NCBI GenBank assembly: GCA_018238155.1
Contig: JABCTZ010000033.1
Location: 1 to 64,000, forward strand
DNA from: Candidatus Heimdallarchaeota archaeon
GTDB lineage: Archaea; Asgardarchaeota; Heimdallarchaeia; JABLTI01
Direction: 5' to 3'
Length of the DNA stretch: 64,000 bases
Notes under the pieces: generated by a model
What the model saw: only the letters and a program-made list of their open reading frames with translations
What the model was told of the DNA's origin: nothing
The model's database searches: none
In this document: piece by piece, positions 22,928 through 32,654 of the stretch
Numbering within the stretch: position 1 is the stretch's first letter
Layout: every line of letters begins with the position of its first letter
Made by a program: the position numbers and the translations under genes

Positions 22928-23446
22928 CTATTGTCTTTTTAGGTTATTACCTAATTCCTCTAACTCTTTTATTAATTGTTCAATCTCTGTTCCTGCTATT
23001 GCAGAAATTTTTATTATTGGTAACAAGAACTTGTTTGCTACACGTTCTATTTCTTCATCATCTATTGACTGACCAATATCTGATTTATTTCCAATTAGAA
23101 TTGCTTTCTTCATCACAGGTATTTCTCTTTGAAAGAGTGGTATCCATTCATTCTCTAAATTAGCTAATGAAGAATATCTATTAAGATCAAACAAATATAA
23201 AACAACATCTGTCCCTCCAAGGAAATCTTCAAGGAAAAATCGAAACTGTGGTTGTCCTCCTAAATCCCAACAAACTATTTTTAAAGATTCATCATCACCA
23301 ACATTGACTTTAAAAGTTTCAATATCAACTCCTCGAGTCATTTGAGTCATTTCCTTTCTGCCAATTAATTTGTAAATTAGTGTCGTTTTCCCAACGCCAC
23401 CATCACCAGCAAGAACGAGTTTTAGTGAAATAGATTTCTTCTCCAT
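22928..23446 (-). CDS. Small GTPase, Rab/Roc-like
   Basis: G1 GDGGVGKTT, G2 TRGVD, G3 WDLGGQ, G4 GNKSD, G5 ISA. No C-terminal Cys for prenylation. Confidence 0.9.
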   Translation of the reverse strand: MEKKSISLKLVLAGDGGVGKTTLIYKLIGRKEMTQMTRGVDIETFKVNVGDDESLKIVCWDLGGQPQFRFFLEDFLGGTDVVLYLFDLNRYSSLANLENEWIPLFQREIPVMKKAILIGNKSDIGQSIDDEEIERVANKFLLPIIKISAIAGTEIEQLIKELEELGNNLKRQ

Positions 23447-23586
23447 AAATTTATGAATAATTTTTGCTCTATTAAAGAGTATTTATTAGGGAACACAATG
23501 ATTCTTTCATAAATAAAAAGACTTTAAAATTACTCTTACAATATAAGATATTAGAACAAAATCAACAAAACTCGCTTCATATTTGT

Positions 23587-23960
23587 ATTACTGTTGATAC
23601 TATACCGCCAAATAGAGTTAATCTCAACACACCATCAAATAATTATTTAACTAGAAATCCCATTAAAAGATTGTCATGGCATACTTCTTCACGTGCTTAT
23701 AGATACCGCCTACAAGTATCTCGTAATTCCAATTTTTCTGATTTAGAAGTAAACTTCAATTCTGTAGGATGGACTTGGTATTGTAGAACATTTACTGAAG
23801 GCAGTCATTACTGGAGAGTGCAAGCTAGTGATAGGGCAGGCAATTTAGCTAGCTGGAGTCCAATTCGAAAATTTACAATAGATACTACACCAACAAATAC
23901 TCCAATTAAGATTTCACCCGCAAGTGGAACTTATACTAGGGATACCACACCATCTATTTC
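23587..23960 (+). pseudogene. Orphan FN3 (YWRV-type) module remnant
   Basis: Frame extends upstream of ORF 23671: ITVDTIPPNRVNLNTPSN...LSW...HYWRVQASDRAGN...FTIDTTP...DTTP. No signal peptide or anchor; similarity ends near 23960. Confidence 0.7.
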
Positions 23961-24116
23961 TAAACACTATAAATTAAACCACATAAGATATGTAAAATTG
24001 TTAGAAAAACTGGAATATCTCAAAAAGAAAACTTTCTGTAAAAATAACGATACTTTAAATATTCTAACGCTTGTTTTAAGATATCATATAGAAAAGACAA
24101 ACTTGAGGAAAAAGAG

Positions 24117-27062
24117 TTGCTAAATGGAAAAAAGACAAATAAGATAATTGTTTTAATTGTTTTAACATGTTTTCTAAGTAATTTTGGATTATTTCTAAAT
24201 GAAGTTGAAGCAGCAGGAACAGTTATTTATTCGGGTTATGTGAGAAATGCATCGGAAAACGGCATTTCTGGAGCTACAGTATATTTAAGGCTTTATGAAG
24301 AACCTCACCCAAGAACAGATCGAACAGATAGCAATGGCTACTATTCTGTATCACAACATTATAGTGGAACTGTTTACCCCATCCAAACTGCTTTATGGGC
24401 AGAATGTAATGGTTATTATGATAGTGCTATGTTTGGTGAAAGTGTAGATGCAGGGAGCCATACACATAATTTCAAGTTATCAAGGATTCCTCCTCCACCC
24501 CCTACATTATCGTGGGCATCACCAGCAGATGATTCAGTAGTCCATTTTGGACCGACAGATAATATTTTTGATTTCTCTTATTCTGCAAGCAATTTAGAAA
24601 ATATTAAACTATATATTGGACCAGCAGGCTCTATCCCAACAATGCAATATGGTGGAACTTACACAACAATGGGTTCATCGATTTCTGCCACAGCAAATCT
24701 TGGTTCTGCAGTTAACGATTTGGATGGTTTGGTTAGAGCAGATATTAGGGGATATAAAGGTGGTTCACAAGTTCTAGAAGCTACAAGGAATTTAAATTTC
24801 TCAAAAGTGGTATCAATGGAATCTAGTTTGATTGAAGAGGGGATGGAAGATTTCGGCAGTGAATTATATCTCATTTTATATGATCCACCAGGTGATATGA
24901 GTTATAGTACCTTTACAGAACAAACTGAAGTTACACGAACAAATACTTTCGGTTTAAATGTTGAAATTGGAGCTGAAGTTGAACTCAAATCTTCTTTGTT
25001 CAATGTTGGAACCGATGCGAAATTTGGTGTTGATTTAGGATATGGATTAGAACTTGAATGGGCTAATACAGATATTGATACTTATGAGTTATCTTCTTCT
25101 TTAAATGAAGATGAAAGAGATTTGGTAGGTCCTGGCTACGGAGACTTATACTGGGGTGAAAGAGAAGTTTTGCTCTGGGAATTACATTCCACAGTTACCA
25201 CTTATGCTAATGGAGTAGTTGACTATTCAGACCCAACCCTTTACGTTGGAATGGATTACTCTGAAAATATTTTAGTGTCACATCAATACGCCCCAGATGC
25301 TTGGAAACAGATGAATCCAAATATCAACACAGCGCTTTACGGTTCTGTTGTAACCTGGGATATAGAAAATGGAGAATTCCAAGGTGGAACTGGTTATATT
25401 GAATCTACACATGAAAAAATTTCTTCCCGTAGCGTAAGTCATGAATTTACACTTGGTATAAGTTATGAAACGAAATGTAAATTTGGAATAGGCGAGACTA
25501 CAATTTCCGCGTCAATCGAAACTAGTTTCAAACATGATGAATCACAAACAGATTCTGTAAAAACTCTCTACCATTTACAAGATGGTGATAGTGGTGATTA
25601 TTTCCATTATGATGTTGGAACAGATTTACGGTTTGGTGTGCCTATTTTTAGAAATACTCCAAACGCAAATCCTCTCCTACAGTCAAAAACATCTACTCCA
25701 TGGGAACATGGTACTCGAGATTACTTACCACCTGAAGCTAATGAACTAGATATTACACTTGATACAGACGGAGATGGATATGCCCCTTCTGAAGATGATA
25801 CTCCTCTTGTGGAAATAAGACTTGTTGATGAAGCTGAAATTACCACAGCTACTATTGTTTATTCGAACGATAATGAACAAACTTGGAATACTATTATTCT
25901 TACTGAAAGGGCAGGTAACCCTAATCACTGGTTTGGAAACATTCCAGCGCACGAACATAGTACAAATATCAGCTGGTATATTTTTATAGAGGATTCAAAT
26001 GGCAACTCAAAAATAATTAGAGATGAAAATCTTGAGAATTATGAATACACTGTTGTTTGTCGTCCACCTACCGTTAATCTTGATTCACCAAATGGTGGAG
26101 GTACTTACAAAGATTCTATTTTGATAGAATGGACAGGTTCAGATCCAGATGATGATCCACTTACCTATGCACTTGCTTATAGAATAAACAGTGGAGGTTG
26201 GAGACTCATTGTTCAAGGTTTAACAAATAGTTCTTATGTTTGGGATATAAGAGGATTTTTAGATTCAGAATCAGTATCACTAATTGTCTATGGTGAGGAT
26301 GGATATTGTTCTCCAGTTTCAGACGAAAGCGATTTTGTTTTTGAAATTGATAACGAAAATATACCTGAGGTTACGTTAGTGTCACCTCTCTCAGGATTCA
26401 CTTATGATGATGCCCTTACTATAAATTGGGAACTGGTAGATGTTGATGAATTCGTAACTGGATTTGAACTATACTATTTACAGGCAAGTGGTGAATCGTG
26501 GGTTCTCATAGATGATAGTATTACCTCAGATATTTTGACTTTTGATTGGGATACATCAACTATTGTCCATTCAGAAACAGTTCGATTGAAAATAGTAGCC
26601 TTAAATTCAATAGATGAAACTGTTGAATCTATTTCCGGTTTACTTACAATCGACAATCGTCCAGAAGTTCAAATGAACTTGATCAATCCCAATGGCGGTG
26701 AAATTTTTACTGGCAATTGTTCAATCACTTGGAATGTTAACTATTCCGATTCATTAGTTACTTATCAAATATTATTGGAATATTCAAATGATAGTCAGGT
26801 TTGGACTACAATAGTTTCAGGTATAAATGGAACCACATATAATTGGGATACTACAAACATCGATATGGGAACAAATTATAGAATAAGAATTACTCTGACA
26901 GGAAGTTATTTGGGAGTAGAACTTGATTCTATCATAGATATATCTGAAAACACTTTTGTTATTGTTGATGAAACAGGCACAATTGCTATTCCATTCTTTA
27001 GCCTCTTTGCTCTATTTGGTCTAGTGCTGATACCTCTAGTTATAATCAAAAAACGAAAATAA
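24117..27062 (+). CDS. Large membrane-anchored surface protein: carboxypeptidase-regulatory-like domain, DPPG core with two amphipathic beta-hairpins, Ig-like stalk
   Basis: Signal peptide; GYVRNASENGISGATV...TDSNGYY; LYDPPGD core; SPNGG Ig repeats; TM plus KKRK. Colinear paralog of 40613-44143. Confidence 0.75.
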   Translation: MLNGKKTNKIIVLIVLTCFLSNFGLFLNEVEAAGTVIYSGYVRNASENGISGATVYLRLYEEPHPRTDRTDSNGYYSVSQHYSGTVYPIQTALWAECNGYYDSAMFGESVDAGSHTHNFKLSRIPPPPPTLSWASPADDSVVHFGPTDNIFDFSYSASNLENIKLYIGPAGSIPTMQYGGTYTTMGSSISATANLGSAVNDLDGLVRADIRGYKGGSQVLEATRNLNFSKVVSMESSLIEEGMEDFGSELYLILYDPPGDMSYSTFTEQTEVTRTNTFGLNVEIGAEVELKSSLFNVGTDAKFGVDLGYGLELEWANTDIDTYELSSSLNEDERDLVGPGYGDLYWGEREVLLWELHSTVTTYANGVVDYSDPTLYVGMDYSENILVSHQYAPDAWKQMNPNINTALYGSVVTWDIENGEFQGGTGYIESTHEKISSRSVSHEFTLGISYETKCKFGIGETTISASIETSFKHDESQTDSVKTLYHLQDGDSGDYFHYDVGTDLRFGVPIFRNTPNANPLLQSKTSTPWEHGTRDYLPPEANELDITLDTDGDGYAPSEDDTPLVEIRLVDEAEITTATIVYSNDNEQTWNTIILTERAGNPNHWFGNIPAHEHSTNISWYIFIEDSNGNSKIIRDENLENYEYTVVCRPPTVNLDSPNGGGTYKDSILIEWTGSDPDDDPLTYALAYRINSGGWRLIVQGLTNSSYVWDIRGFLDSESVSLIVYGEDGYCSPVSDESDFVFEIDNENIPEVTLVSPLSGFTYDDALTINWELVDVDEFVTGFELYYLQASGESWVLIDDSITSDILTFDWDTSTIVHSETVRLKIVALNSIDETVESISGLLTIDNRPEVQMNLINPNGGEIFTGNCSITWNVNYSDSLVTYQILLEYSNDSQVWTTIVSGINGTTYNWDTTNIDMGTNYRIRITLTGSYLGVELDSIIDISENTFVIVDETGTIAIPFFSLFALFGLVLIPLVIIKKRK

Positions 27063-27186
27063 AGAATATTCACTTTTAGTGATAATTCTTTCTCTTTTTT
27101 TTATTTATTGTTTATTTTAATTATATCAGTTTTCTCAAAAATTAATTTAATGATTAAAGAAAACACAAAAGAAGAATGGGATTATA

Positions 27187-27891
27187 ATGAAGAAACATTT
27201 TGTTGATTTTTGGGAAAATATTACAAGCTTGGATAAAGCTAAACAGAGAGCAGAAAAAATTATCCAAATAATAGAAAAATATCATAATCAAGCTATCAAA
27301 TTATTAGAACTCGGTGTGGGAATTGGAGTAGTTTTGAAAAATTTCCCAGAAAAGTACTTTATTTCAGGATTAGATATCGAAAAAGAATATATTGAATATT
27401 GCAAAAGAAATTTCCCTAGAGCTAAATTCTATCATTCGAGTATGCATGATTTTAATTTGAAAGAAAAATATGAGGTTATTTTTTCAGTCTACGATTCAAT
27501 AAATTTCCTCTCAAATTTTGAACAATGGACAGCTACTTTTCTTTGTGTTGAAAAACACCTTAGTGAAAAAGGATTGTTTATTTTTGATATGTATACGGAA
27601 AAAATTTTATCGGATGAAAAAATATTACAACATACTTGCCAAGTAGAATCAATAGGGTATTCCATTGATAGAGGAATAGTAAACAACAATCTTCTCGAGT
27701 GGGAAGTTATTATATTTGAACATAAAAAAGAGAATCAATATGAAAAGCACATATTTAGCTTTTATGAAAGAATTTTTCCAACTAGTAAAGTTGAAAATGA
27801 ATTATCTAAATACTTTGATATTATTGAAAAAGAGCTTTACGAAGAAGACAAAAAGATACGTTTCATTTGTAGAAAAAAAGGAACTGTATAG
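27187..27891 (+). CDS. Class I SAM-dependent methyltransferase
   Basis: LLELGVGIG, GLDI, SMHDF, DSINFL, L...GLFIFD. Confidence 0.85.
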   Translation: MKKHFVDFWENITSLDKAKQRAEKIIQIIEKYHNQAIKLLELGVGIGVVLKNFPEKYFISGLDIEKEYIEYCKRNFPRAKFYHSSMHDFNLKEKYEVIFSVYDSINFLSNFEQWTATFLCVEKHLSEKGLFIFDMYTEKILSDEKILQHTCQVESIGYSIDRGIVNNNLLEWEVIIFEHKKENQYEKHIFSFYERIFPTSKVENELSKYFDIIEKELYEEDKKIRFICRKKGTV

Positions 27892-27970
27892 GGATTGCTT
27901 GACAAAAACTTTTCAAGATAAAATGATTAGAAAAAGAATAAACACTACTTGAATTGAAGGATGACTCAAA

Positions 27971-29338
27971 ATGGCAGATAAGAAAACAAAAAAGAAAGTA
28001 GTTAAGAAAGCAATTCATCTTATTGATAATTGGCTTGATTTTCAAACGTATATCAAAGAATTACCTGGTGTTGCAGTAGGAATCTTTGTTGAGGATGAAA
28101 TCGTTTTCAAAAAAGAATATGGTTATGCAAATTTAGAGAAAAAGACCAAGCTAACTGATCAACATCTATTCAGAATAGCCTCGCATTCAAAACTATTCAC
28201 AGCTACAGCAATAATGAAATTATATCATGAAGAAAAATTATCAATTGATGATAAAATATCCAAACACCTTCCATGGTTTTCTTCGGAAAAGGATGAGAAT
28301 CTACAACACATTCGAATCCGACATCTACTAACACACTCAAGTGGAATGTCTCGAGATGGAAAGACAGCTCACTGGGCAACTTATAAATTTCCCGAATTGG
28401 AACAGATCAAAAAACAAGTGACGGAAGGGATAAGCTTTTTTGAAGCAAATGAAATATTGAAATATTCGAATTTTGGTTTTACACTCTTAGGTCAGATAAT
28501 TGAAACTGTATCAGGAGAAACTTATTATGATTATATCCAAAAAGAAATACTTGATCCATTAGAAATGAAAAATACAGTTACAGATGTAAATAAATCAAAT
28601 ATTACAAGACATGCAACTGGTTATAAAGTCAAATATCCTAAAAAAGAACGGGAAACTTTCGAGCATGTTCCTGCAAAGATCATGCATGCGGCAACAGGAT
28701 TGAGCAGCACTACTGAAGATTTGATTAAATTCTATCAAGCACAATTACTTGGAAGTGATCTTCTTTTTCCAGATTATATCAAAAGAGAAATGCAAAGAAT
28801 ACAATATAAAGCTAAATTGGCAGACTGGGGGTTAGGATTCAGTATAACAACTTTACCTGATGCAGTAATATGTGGTCACGGTGGAGGGTACCCAGGGTTT
28901 ATAACAAGATCAGGTTTTATTCAAGATGAAAAGGTCATTGTTGTTGTATTGACAAGTGCTGTAGATGGACCAGCTTTGAATCTATTTTTGGGATTAAATA
29001 AATTAATGTTTTACCTCTCGAAAAAAGAAGAAAAATTTTCCTCAGAAAAAGAGATTCAAGATCTGAAAGATATAATCGGATTTTATGAATCAGATTGGGG
29101 AACATCATTGTTTAGTCAAATCGGTTCAAAACTAGTTTTAATTACACCCAGATTTGAAAATCCTGCAGAAGTGATTCAAATCTACGAACATATCGAAGGC
29201 TATCGATTCAAAGCTCCAAAAGACAAATCATTTGCTTCTCCAGGTCAAGAAATCGAATTTATCGATGGACCTGATGGTGAAAAAATATTCATTGATAGTC
29301 ATGGTGGAGAAAGTAAAAGATTTAGATTCAGTTATTAA
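27971..29338 (+). CDS. Serine hydrolase, beta-lactamase/AmpC-like (peptidase S12) family
   Basis: FRIASHSK (SxxK), LLTHSSG, YSN, HGGGYPGF. Confidence 0.9.
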   Translation: MADKKTKKKVVKKAIHLIDNWLDFQTYIKELPGVAVGIFVEDEIVFKKEYGYANLEKKTKLTDQHLFRIASHSKLFTATAIMKLYHEEKLSIDDKISKHLPWFSSEKDENLQHIRIRHLLTHSSGMSRDGKTAHWATYKFPELEQIKKQVTEGISFFEANEILKYSNFGFTLLGQIIETVSGETYYDYIQKEILDPLEMKNTVTDVNKSNITRHATGYKVKYPKKERETFEHVPAKIMHAATGLSSTTEDLIKFYQAQLLGSDLLFPDYIKREMQRIQYKAKLADWGLGFSITTLPDAVICGHGGGYPGFITRSGFIQDEKVIVVVLTSAVDGPALNLFLGLNKLMFYLSKKEEKFSSEKEIQDLKDIIGFYESDWGTSLFSQIGSKLVLITPRFENPAEVIQIYEHIEGYRFKAPKDKSFASPGQEIEFIDGPDGEKIFIDSHGGESKRFRFSY

Positions 29339-29451
29339 GAATTGAAAATGACTGAATCCAGCTATTTTTTTTGAATAATTCTACTTTGGCAACTATATAA
29401 TACTTTAATCACAACTACTTGGATTATTGATGAAATGTTTCTTTTCAAAAA

Positions 29452-29907
29452 ATGATGTGTCATAAAATGTCTAATAACAAGTACTGTCCTGATTGTGGTA
29501 AATTACTAAAAGAAAGAGATGTTTTTTATATGGATTGTGGAACAAAAATAGATCCTTCAAAAGATAATACTACCAATGAATCTATTGAATCAAAGCAATC
29601 AGAGGAATCTATTGAATACGGTAAAACTACTCAAATGCAAACAACCTATATCGAATAATCAGGTTCAACTGAAGATGCAAAAAATAACTATGTTGGAATA
29701 GCATCAATTTTTATCAGTGTTTTAGGAATAGGATTCATCATTCTTAATAATACCATTCTTGAATGGATTGCTTTAGGTTTAGGTATCATTGGAGTCATTG
29801 TAGGAATAATTGGTCTCTTTCAACCACATAAGAAAGCAATAGCATATATTGGCATCCTTTTAGGAATAGTAACAATTGCAGTTTGGATAACATTTAATTT
29901 TGGCTGA
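29452..29907 (+). pseudogene. Zinc-ribbon plus 3-TM membrane protein with in-frame TAA
   Basis: YCPDCG...FYMDCG (second CxxC degenerate). Reads TYIE*SGSTEDAKNNYVGIASIFISVLGIG... through TAA 29656-29658 into three TM segments, ending at TGA 29905-29907. Confidence 0.75.
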
Positions 29908-30141
29908 AAATAGAAAAACAAAGAATTGAGTCCATTTTTTTGTTAAGTTTTCACCGACTAATTAGTAGTTAGGAATAACACTACAAACTCGCACTCATTG
30001 ATGGTGTGCAGGTTTCATTTTTATTGTCTTTATACATTAACTAAAATTGTTTTAATCGTTCAATTCCTACTAAAAAAGAGATTTTAGAAATACTCTTTGA
30101 ATTGAGTATTTCATTCCGAATACAATTGTAATTGTTCACTT

Positions 30142-30585
30142 TCAATGGTTTACCATAAAATTATGGGTTAAAACTTCTCCATTGTTATATTCAATTCTTA
30201 TTTGTAACATTTGTCCTTGTTCAAGTCCTTCTATGTGATATTGGTAGGAGTAATTTTGACCGTTTTGTATTCTGTGTCTATATTGCCATTGATATTGTTC
30301 TTGGTATAGTGTTACTTCTGTTGTGCCGTTTTTAATTTGGATCTGATGCATGTATGCATAATTGTTTTGGTTTTGATGTTGATTGTTATTTCCTGTTTGT
30401 GTTTCTTCACCTTCACAGGTTAATACAACACTTACGGTATCATTTTCTGAATCAGCTGTTACGCTAACAATTGAAAGTTCGCTATCATCTGTTGGTGTTA
30501 AAGCATACCATACTCCAACTGAGGTTCCAGCTAGAACTAATACTATGCTTGTAACTAATATTGTAACTAGTACGGATTTCTTCAT
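30142..30585 (-). CDS. Small membrane-anchored or secreted protein with Q/N/Y-rich segments
   Basis: N-terminal TM; GNNNQHQNQNNY and YQEQYQWQY. Confidence 0.65.
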   Translation of the reverse strand: MKKSVLVTILVTSIVLVLAGTSVGVWYALTPTDDSELSIVSVTADSENDTVSVVLTCEGEETQTGNNNQHQNQNNYAYMHQIQIKNGTTEVTLYQEQYQWQYRHRIQNGQNYSYQYHIEGLEQGQMLQIRIEYNNGEVLTHNFMVNH

Positions 30586-30781
30586 GGTTTAAATCACATG
30601 TTAGTATAGTTCACAAAAATACTTAAACAATCTCAGAGTATTGTTGTAAATTGGTCGTGAAGGTTTAAATTAGGTTCAAAATGTGTTTCAATTCTCTTTT
30701 TTTACTATATTTAATTAAAATTCAACTATTTTTCAATTGTTTTGAACAATTTAGATAGAATTATCCAAAATACCTCTGAAA

Positions 30782-31453
30782 TCATTCAATTTTCCGAAAT
30801 ACCAAACAATAACTGTGATCGAAACCATACCCATATGATCCGTTTGGTTTTTTTTCTCTTGGTGTTTCCCAGTTGATTATTATCTCCCCTTGAAATGATA
30901 ATATTTTAGCTATTTTCTTACCAATATCCCAAGCTAGTGTTGTTAGTATATCATTGTTTTTTAAATTAGACACTTCAATTATTATATACGAGTCTTTTCT
31001 CATGATTAGTTTTAATTTGCTATAAATTACTTGAATAAAGTCTAGATAATCTTGGTAGGTCACGTTTTCTGTAAAACCCGTTAAAGGATTCTTTTTTTCG
31101 AATTTATTCATGTATGTTGGTGATGAAAAGGCAAAATCCATCATTGGAAGATTTAGTTTGTCTATGTTTTTCGAATTGATATTATACATATTAGCTTTGT
31201 TCACAAGATGATCTTTAACATACTCAAAACGAACCTTACTCAATTCAATGCCATAAGGGATTCTTTTCATTTCTTCTGCTACGAAAAGTGTAGTGCCAAA
31301 CCCAGCAAAAATATCAATAATCTTATCTCCAGGTTTCGTATATTCCTCAAGAAAGAGTGCAACAAGATTTTCGGGAAAACGATTATCCTCTTGCCTAAAT
31401 TTTTTAGGCAATAAACGACTTTTATTCATTGCTAAAGTAATCACTGTTCTCAT
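30782..31453 (-). CDS. Orphan amino-methyltransferase (N4C/N6A DNA MTase-like or TRM11-like)
   Basis: FPENLV...YTKPGDKIIDIFAGFGTT and an SPPY-like motif FSSPTY. Likely start 31453 (track start 31540). Confidence 0.7.
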   Translation of the reverse strand: MRTVITLAMNKSRLLPKKFRQEDNRFPENLVALFLEEYTKPGDKIIDIFAGFGTTLFVAEEMKRIPYGIELSKVRFEYVKDHLVNKANMYNINSKNIDKLNLPMMDFAFSSPTYMNKFEKKNPLTGFTENVTYQDYLDFIQVIYSKLKLIMRKDSYIIIEVSNLKNNDILTTLAWDIGKKIAKILSFQGEIIINWETPREKKPNGSYGYGFDHSYCLVFRKIE

Positions 31454-31746
31454 TTTCTTGAATCCTAAAATTGGCTTTTCCATTCTTATTTTACAATTAT
31501 AAGATAAAATTAAAGTTGTTTTATTATAATGTTTTTCCAAGCATTTAAATTTTTAAATTACTGCTAAAATAGATGCATCATTTTTAGCTCATTCTTTTTA
31601 GAACTATCTTAGAGAGATTTGGAATTTTAATATACAATTACTAATTGTAAAATCAAAAGCTAATCCAATAATAAATTCTATTCTATCAACTAACAATAGG
31701 TCTAATTCTTGGATGAAAAAAAGAAGAGATAAAGAAATTACTGATT

Positions 31747-32646
31747 TTAAGGTTCAGAAATTTCTTCTACCACTAACTTTGAAGCTTTAATTGCTTTTGA
31801 AGAACTAAAGGAATAGTTGATTTGTTTTTCTTCTAACTTTTTCCATTCTTTTACAATCCATGCTTTTCCTCTGATACGTTTCTTCAACCAATCTGGAAGT
31901 ATCCAACCAAGATAACCAAAGATAAGTGTTGAAAATGTAAATACTATTTTGAAAAGTTGTATAAATACTACCAAAACAGGATAGTTATGAACAATGGGGA
32001 GTTCCATGAAAATAAAAAGCAAGGTATTTAGTGCCAATGATATTACACTAAAGTTAATGAACAAAGTTCCTCTTCTTGCAACAGGATCAGAAATATCCTT
32101 TCTAAGGATAAAAAGACTGAAAATCATTCTTACAAGCCCAAGAACAAACAATGGAACAAATAATGCAAGTAACAAAATATAGGAAGGTGCTATAATATAA
32201 ATATTTGTCCCAGCAAGAAAGAATTCTACAGTTGCCGGAAATTTCATAGTACCACCTAATATAATTGTAAACATAGTCGTAGTGATTACAGCTGTAGATT
32301 CCGCAAATAAGACAGCTGCAATTGATCGTACTAGTTCATTATCACGTAAAATATGTCTTGTCGAAAAATAATAGAAATAAATTATGCTTAATGAAATAAA
32401 ATTAATATAGAATCCTTGTAAAATACCTATAGCAACTGTATTTGAAGGACTAAATCCACCAATCCAATAACTAACAGAATTGAATATTTCACCGAAAGCA
32501 ATCATTCCAAAAGCAACCATCATAAATATCGAGCCCATAGTTCTCTTTTTGAAAAACGTTCCAGTCATAATAGATGAAAAAATCAATGCGAAAATAGATA
32601 TTATTACAGATGTAGTTAAAAAGAATATTGTCATCGAATTTACCAT
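31747..32646 (-). CDS. Seven-transmembrane protein with C-terminal amphipathic/basic tail
   Basis: Seven hydrophobic segments, then GWILPDWLKKRIRG. Start 32646 has a GGAGAGTGA RBS and lies 8 nt after the GTPase stop. Confidence 0.7.
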   Translation of the reverse strand: MVNSMTIFFLTTSVIISIFALIFSSIMTGTFFKKRTMGSIFMMVAFGMIAFGEIFNSVSYWIGGFSPSNTVAIGILQGFYINFISLSIIYFYYFSTRHILRDNELVRSIAAVLFAESTAVITTTMFTIILGGTMKFPATVEFFLAGTNIYIIAPSYILLLALFVPLFVLGLVRMIFSLFILRKDISDPVARRGTLFINFSVISLALNTLLFIFMELPIVHNYPVLVVFIQLFKIVFTFSTLIFGYLGWILPDWLKKRIRGKAWIVKEWKKLEEKQINYSFSSSKAIKASKLVVEEISEP

Positions 32647-32654
32647 GTTATCAA

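Noticed and set aside
27971-29338. Antibiotic-resistance beta-lactamase
   Set aside because: Motifs only place it in the broad serine hydrolase/S12 family; no signal peptide, and substrate cannot be inferred.
27187-31453. Restriction-modification or defence island built on the two methyltransferases
   Set aside because: No nuclease, helicase or specificity subunit nearby; 27187-27891 looks like a small-molecule methyltransferase.
31747-32646. 7TM protein as a rhodopsin (there is a Lys in TM7, QLFKIVF)
   Set aside because: No DxxxK or SxxxK context around the Lys and no RYxxW-like motif in TM3.
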